Shown here: piece by piece, positions 27,937 through 32,000 of the stretch | Layout of the letters: each line of letters opens with the position of its first letter | How positions within the stretch are numbered: position 1 is the first letter of the stretch | The notes under the pieces: model-generated | Seen by the model: the letters and a program-made list of their open reading frames with translations, nothing else | Told to the model about the DNA's origin: nothing | Databases searched by the model: none | NCBI RefSeq assembly: GCF_936981045.1 | Contig: NZ_OW441264.1 | Coordinates: 780,001-812,000 of the forward strand | DNA length: 32,000 nt | Origin: Candidatus Saccharimonadota bacterium | GTDB lineage: Bacteria > Bacteroidota > Bacteroidia > Cytophagales > Amoebophilaceae | Reading direction: 5' to 3' | Position numbers and translations under genes: made by a program

Positions 27937-28772
27937 GTTTTGGTATACAGCAGCAATGGCCTCAGACATGCCTGACAAATTATCTGTACATGCAATGAGC
28001 ATATCGTTCATACCCCGATTTTTGAGTTCTGTTAAATTGCCTAACCAAAATTTAGCCCCTTTATTTTCACTCATACAAAGCCCTAAAACATCCTTTATGC
28101 TAGATCTATCTATACCTAAAGCAACATAGACTGCCTTGTTGATGATGCGCTTATCTTGTCTAACTTTAACTACAAAGCAATCAAAAAAAACAATAGAATA
28201 GACTGATTCTAAGGGATGATTTTGCCATATCTTAACATCTTCAATAACAGAGTCTGTGATGTTACTTATCAGGCTTTCACTTACTTCTGCGCCATATAAT
28301 TCCTGTATTTGAATCTGAATATCTGACAGACTCATACCTTTAGCATATAAAGATATGATCTTATCATCCAAACCAGGAATTCTTGTTTGACGATTAGGCA
28401 ATAAAATAGGTTCAAAAGTCGATGCTCTATCTCTGGGTACTTCAACCGATATAACGCCATTATCAGTAATAACGTGCTTACTGGATAATCCATTACGTAC
28501 ATTCTCTGAATCACTACGTGCATACTTATTATAACCTAAATGGTCATCCATTTCCGACTGTAATGCTTTTTCTACAAGACGCTTACTTAATTGTTTGAGT
28601 AAGCCGTCTTGATAAAAAAGTCTGGAAAGGTCTACACCTGATTCTATCAGTACATCTATGGCCTTGCTTATCCCATCTTTAACTATCTCTTTTCTTTTCA
28701 TTGTTTTAAGTGTTATGATTTAGGTAAAGATAAATCCTAAAAAATATTTACACACTTAAAACAAAAGACCCC
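27937..28772 (-). mobile_element. Second, different IS256-family element (copy B), 3'-truncated by insertion of or recombination at copy A
   Basis: The transposase N-terminal ~255 aa (28701 down to 27937) reads ...EKALQSEMDDHLGY...RNGLSSKHVITDNGVISVEVPRDRASTFEPILLP...ENKGAKFWLGNLTELKNRGMNDMLIACTDNLSGMSEAIAAVYQN, then runs into the IR of copy A. The likely outer IR is GGGGTCTTTTGTTTTAAGTGTGTAAATA (reverse complement ending near 28772). Confidence 0.75.
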
Positions 28773-29029
28773 AAAAAGTGGTTATTTCTTAATATAAATT
28801 TAACAGATTTTTAATATTTTTTATTTTGATTAACAAGTAGATAAATAATACTTCAGGGACGACTAAGTAGGGATACGTTTCAAGTGAGCCATTTGAATCA
28901 GCTACCCCAAAGCTATCCTAAGCTTATGCTCCCCTATGTACTCTAAAGCTAGCTTTACTTTTAAAAGTAGAAAATAATTGATCATTAAAGTAGTAGGCCT
29001 TATAAAATACCCTAAACTTGCATTAGGTT

Positions 29030-29272
29030 AACGTGAGTTCGGGATTAGATTATTTTTTCATTTGATAATCAATATCAATGAAAATTTATAAAATTTGTTT
29101 TATTAGACAGTTAAATAGGTAGTTGAATAACAAATAATTCTGGTAATCAGTTTATTATATATATTATATTTATAAAATTAGATATAAAAACTTGTTAAAT
29201 AGGTGCAAATATTAACTAAATAATTGATATTAAATTGTTGTAAATCAGTCAAATAAATCCCGAACCCACGTT
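29030..29272 (+). mobile_element. MITE copy 4, with target-site duplication
   Basis: AACGTGAGTTCGGGATTAGATTATTTTTTCATTTG...AATCCCGAACCCACGTT. Flanked by direct repeats AGGTT (29025-29029 and 29273-29277). The repeat extends to TTAGGTTAACGT (29023-29034 / 29271-29282) if the element terminus is included. Confidence 0.88.
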
Positions 29273-29693
29273 AGGTTAACGTACGTTTTATATGCTCAAA
29301 ATATAATAAAAAAATCACCCATTAGTTTTCTGGGGCAATATCTGGTTTATCTGGTTGTTCTAACAATGCGGATATCAACCCAAAAAGATCATAAGCATCC
29401 ACAAGAGATTGCATATTCCCCTTGTTCTTCTTGACTGACATAATGAAGGTACTAGGCAAAATTGTGCGTAAATACATCATAACGATCTTTCGTTCACCCT
29501 ATGAAAACCGAGCCGAAATTGGCGCAATAATCTGCATGTTAAGATAATAGCTTTTTACAAGGGGCGGGTTTTGTTGTTTTTAGACAGTGTGGCCAGAAGG
29601 CTTAACGAATACAATAGTGTGAACCTAACGTAAAGAGTACGTTGCATGACCGTTTTAAACTAAGTTTAAGCCTTGCCGTCCAGGAATGGAACA

Positions 29694-31031
29694 CTACCTC
29701 CTTGCATCGAAGACTTCAGCCGTAACCGTTTCAGTTACTACAGTTATTTGTTCCTTTATAAAATTTATAGCCCTATCCCTGCTTAGCTGATTATGCAATT
29801 TGGAATAATACTTATTCCCTTCACTGCCTTGTAGAAAAGAAAGTGCACCCGCGTGAATAGCAGCATCACGCGCTTCTATCTGCAAAACATTGTTACCGGC
29901 GTAGTCAATATATGCGCGTTTGGTTTCATCTACTACATCTGATGGCGTAACGGCTAAGTCATTTTGACGCACTATACTACTTAATAAAATTTCCCACTTT
30001 AAACTTTCCGCATGTGCATGATAGTAGGCTTCCACCTCTTTTAGAGTTGCCTCTGGATTATTCATGCAAAGCCACCTTTTAAGAAAGGCCTCTGGCAAGT
30101 CAACTACATTATGTTTACAAAGCTCCTCCCGTAAGTCCTCATAGAATGCATGACGTGCTTCCGTACGTTTGTCGAATAAGATAATTTTAGCAATAGCCTC
30201 CCTAAAGTCACTTTTGGAGCCAACAACCCCTTGTCCTAATACACGATCGAAAAGTGCAGGTTCAATAGGCGCTGGCACAACACGAACGATGCTACCAATT
30301 GTAAAAACAGCTGGCCAAGCAGACTTATGCCTTCTAAAGGCAGCAAAGGCACCAGAACCTACACCTAAAAGGGCAGAGAAGTGATGCTTTAACATCTCTT
30401 CTGTTACGGTTACTTTATGACCCACACGAAGCCCTACCAATGCTTCTCTTAAATGCTCAAGAATATGCATTATAGAAATACGGATATCCAGACCAACTGC
30501 CCCCGTACTATCTGTAAGCGTACCATACAACATAGTGTCCAGTGCACTTTCTTCAAGATGAACAGCTTGACCATGAATAATCTGCAACCCTTCTAAAAAT
30601 TCATCCACCAATTTAGAACCAACACCATCTATTTCAAAGTCAGTAATAGAAATATTAGGGCCTAATGTAATAGAACGTTTTTCAATTAATCCAACCTCAT
30701 AAGAGAAAGTAAACCTATGTTGATTTTTAAGGTCCATTGCTTTCGAAGGGGTAATGCAAAGCGGCTCCATAAAAATAGGAATACGCTCTTGCACAATGTA
30801 ATCGTTTAAAGAGGCTACAGCTACTTTATGCAATTCCTGAGCAAGAATAGAAGGGCCATACATCTTTTTAATAAGATCTGCAGGGACAGCCCCCAATCTG
30901 AACCCTTTCAAACGAACATTCTGAGCATAATGCTTCAGCTGTTTCTGAACAAATGGCTTATAATCAGGCTCATCTAACGTAATGGAAATAACACCATGAT
31001 TAGGATTAATCTTATTAAACTGAATATCCAA
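29694..31031 (-). CDS. tig: Trigger factor
   Basis: 445 aa. N-terminal ribosome-binding signature KGFRLGAVPADLIKKMYG (GFRxGxxP). Length and overall pattern fit trigger factor. Confidence 0.88.
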   Translation of the reverse strand: MDIQFNKINPNHGVISITLDEPDYKPFVQKQLKHYAQNVRLKGFRLGAVPADLIKKMYGPSILAQELHKVAVASLNDYIVQERIPIFMEPLCITPSKAMDLKNQHRFTFSYEVGLIEKRSITLGPNISITDFEIDGVGSKLVDEFLEGLQIIHGQAVHLEESALDTMLYGTLTDSTGAVGLDIRISIMHILEHLREALVGLRVGHKVTVTEEMLKHHFSALLGVGSGAFAAFRRHKSAWPAVFTIGSIVRVVPAPIEPALFDRVLGQGVVGSKSDFREAIAKIILFDKRTEARHAFYEDLREELCKHNVVDLPEAFLKRWLCMNNPEATLKEVEAYYHAHAESLKWEILLSSIVRQNDLAVTPSDVVDETKRAYIDYAGNNVLQIEARDAAIHAGALSFLQGSEGNKYYSKLHNQLSRDRAINFIKEQITVVTETVTAEVFDARR

Positions 31032-31089
31032 GGTAAAACAGATTTAGTAAAGATAAAAAGCGGATGCCTTAAAAATACACATAAAAAAG

Positions 31090-31172
31090 TACGGATGAAG
31101 GGACTCGAACCCCCACACCTCACGGTACTAGATCCTAAGTCTAGCGCGTCTACCGAATTCCGCCACATCCGT
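31090..31172 (-). tRNA. trnL: tRNA-Leu (anticodon TAG), long variable arm
   Basis: Reverse complement ACGGATGTGGCGGAATTCGGTAGACGCGCTAGACTTAGGATCTAGTACCGTGAGGTGTGGGGGTTCGAGTCCCTTCATCCGTA. Acceptor ACGGATG/CATCCGT, anticodon stem CTAGA/TCTAG with loop CTTAGGA. Confidence 0.88.
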
Positions 31173-31334
31173 AGGACCGTAGAAGACAACAACGACCTCC
31201 CCTACAAAAATAGCAAAAACAAGCTTCTCAAGCAAATAGCAAAAAGTTACTTTTTACTGGATCAAGAAATAGCGCTATCCTTAAAGCTAGAAAATCAATA
31301 TGCACTTAGAAACCCAACCCATAGATCGGGTGCT

Positions 31335-31374
31335 CTTAATCAATCTTAATCAATCTTAATCAATCTTAATCAAT
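31335..31374. repeat. Perfect tandem decamer (CTTAATCAAT) x4 overlapping the sppA stop codon
   Basis: Read directly: 31335-31344, 31345-31354, 31355-31364, 31365-31374. The last unit supplies the final codons ATT GAT TAA of sppA on the minus strand. Confidence 0.95.
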
Positions 31375-32000
31375 GTGAATCTTATACGGAAGCATTGCTT
31401 GTACGCTATGGAGTATAGATAGGGTGTGATAATGACTCATTATAGGATATTCTTGCACTAAGGCATCCAGTAATTCTATTTTAACATCATTAGTAGTATA
31501 GCTTAGTAGCTGTTGAAATTTTGTTTTAGGGCGAGGTAAATAACAAATACGATACTTTTGGGTTAATTTGGCTAAAGAAACAGCTTTAGCAATAGCTGCA
31601 TCTAGCCCACCCAATTCATCTACTAGTCCATTATCTTTCGCTACTAAACCAGTATATACCCTACCACCAGCTAATTTTTCTACACAGGCTAAATCCAGCC
31701 TCCTTCCATTAGAAACCTTACATAAAAAACCATCATAACTTTCCTGTAACATTTTATACATCAATTTAGACTCTAACTCGGAACAATTTACCCTAGGAGT
31801 TAGAAAATCTGCAGAAGGAGCTGTTTTGACTACATCACGGTGAATACCTATTTTATGCATCAACTCAGCTGGATCAAATAGTATACCAAAAACACCAATG
31901 GAACCTGTAATGGTAGTGGGCTGTGCAAAAATATAATGGCAAGGGGCAGCAATATAATATCCCCCAGAAGTAGCCACGTTAGACATAGAAGCCACAACTG
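31366..32000 (-). CDS. sppA: Signal peptide peptidase SppA (S49 family); 5' end beyond window end
   Basis: The ORF is open to the window edge. It contains the S49 motifs SGGYYIA and ITGSIGVFG (catalytic Ser region) and a C-terminal GRVYTGLVAKDNGLVDELGG block. Confidence 0.85.
   Translation of the reverse strand, partial: VVASMSNVATSGGYYIAAPCHYIFAQPTTITGSIGVFGILFDPAELMHKIGIHRDVVKTAPSADFLTPRVNCSELESKLMYKMLQESYDGFLCKVSNGRRLDLACVEKLAGGRVYTGLVAKDNGLVDELGGLDAAIAKAVSLAKLTQKYRICYLPRPKTKFQQLLSYTTNDVKIELLDALVQEYPIMSHYHTLSILHSVQAMLPYKIHID

Noticed and set aside
27899-28129. 76-aa plus-strand ORF and the 63-aa ORF 28332..28523
   Set aside because: They run antisense to or within the IS256-B transposase fragment and across the IS256-A terminal repeat. 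They are not independent genes.
14141-29272. Whether the four ~242-bp A+T-rich repeats could be a CRISPR array or other spaced-repeat locus
   Set aside because: The units are about 242 bp long, carry terminal inverted repeats, occur in both orientations and are separated by 0.8-10 kb of unrelated genes. There are no 25-40 bp direct repeats with uniform spacers anywhere in the window, and no cas genes.
29280-29693. The 0.4-kb spacer downstream of tig as a possible small RNA, riboswitch or micro-ORF locus (39-aa minus-strand and 34-aa plus-strand ORFs)
   Set aside because: I could not recognise any conserved RNA motifs (SRP, RNase P, tmRNA, 6S), strong hairpins or conserved peptide features by eye. 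It may be worth an Rfam scan, but nothing in the sequence supports a call.

Overview
AT-rich bacterial chromosome segment. The gene order, protein sequences and lack of obvious Shine-Dalgarno spacing fit a Bacteroidota obligate intracellular symbiont. The heavy IS load recalls the Amoebophilus/Cardinium lineage, but that is inference from memory and cannot be checked here. Almost all genes are on the minus strand.

(1) 1-12.3 kb: the conserved cluster tRNA-Tyr/Gly/Thr, tuf, tRNA-Trp, secE, nusG, rplK, rplA, rplJ, rplL, rpoB, rpoC. The 3' end of rpoC runs off the window.
(2) 12.4-13.6 kb: a putative outer-membrane beta-barrel gene, a 27-bp perfect hairpin, and tRNA-Arg(ACG) on the plus strand.
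(3) 13.6-15.5 kb: mobile-element debris directly downstream of tRNA-Arg. It holds an IS6-family relic, a decayed group-II-intron-type reverse transcriptase split by a MITE, and a second IS6 copy with a MITE and an internal deletion.
(4) 15.5-24.1 kb: alaS, about 0.8 kb of apparently decayed sequence, an orphan 699-aa lipoprotein gene, and uvrA.
(5) 24.3-28.8 kb: an IS pile-up. In order: IS6 pseudogene, RT remnant, MITE, IS982-family element, and an IS256-family element inserted into a different truncated IS256-family element.
(6) 29.0-29.3 kb: a fourth MITE copy with a target-site duplication.
(7) 29.7-32.0 kb: tig, tRNA-Leu(TAG), and sppA (5' end off window).

Roughly one fifth of the window is mobile DNA. 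I found no CRISPR array, rRNA, prophage, recognisable defence system, toxin-antitoxin pair or biosynthetic cluster.

The most interesting items are:
- a ~242-bp MITE family (4 copies) whose terminus matches the IS982-family inverted repeat;
- inverted IS6 copies bracketing alaS, the lipoprotein gene and uvrA;
- the family-less 699-aa lipoprotein;
- the mosaic, recombination-shaped structure of the IS clusters.

All homology statements come from reading translations by eye. tRNA and IS end coordinates are good to a few nucleotides.
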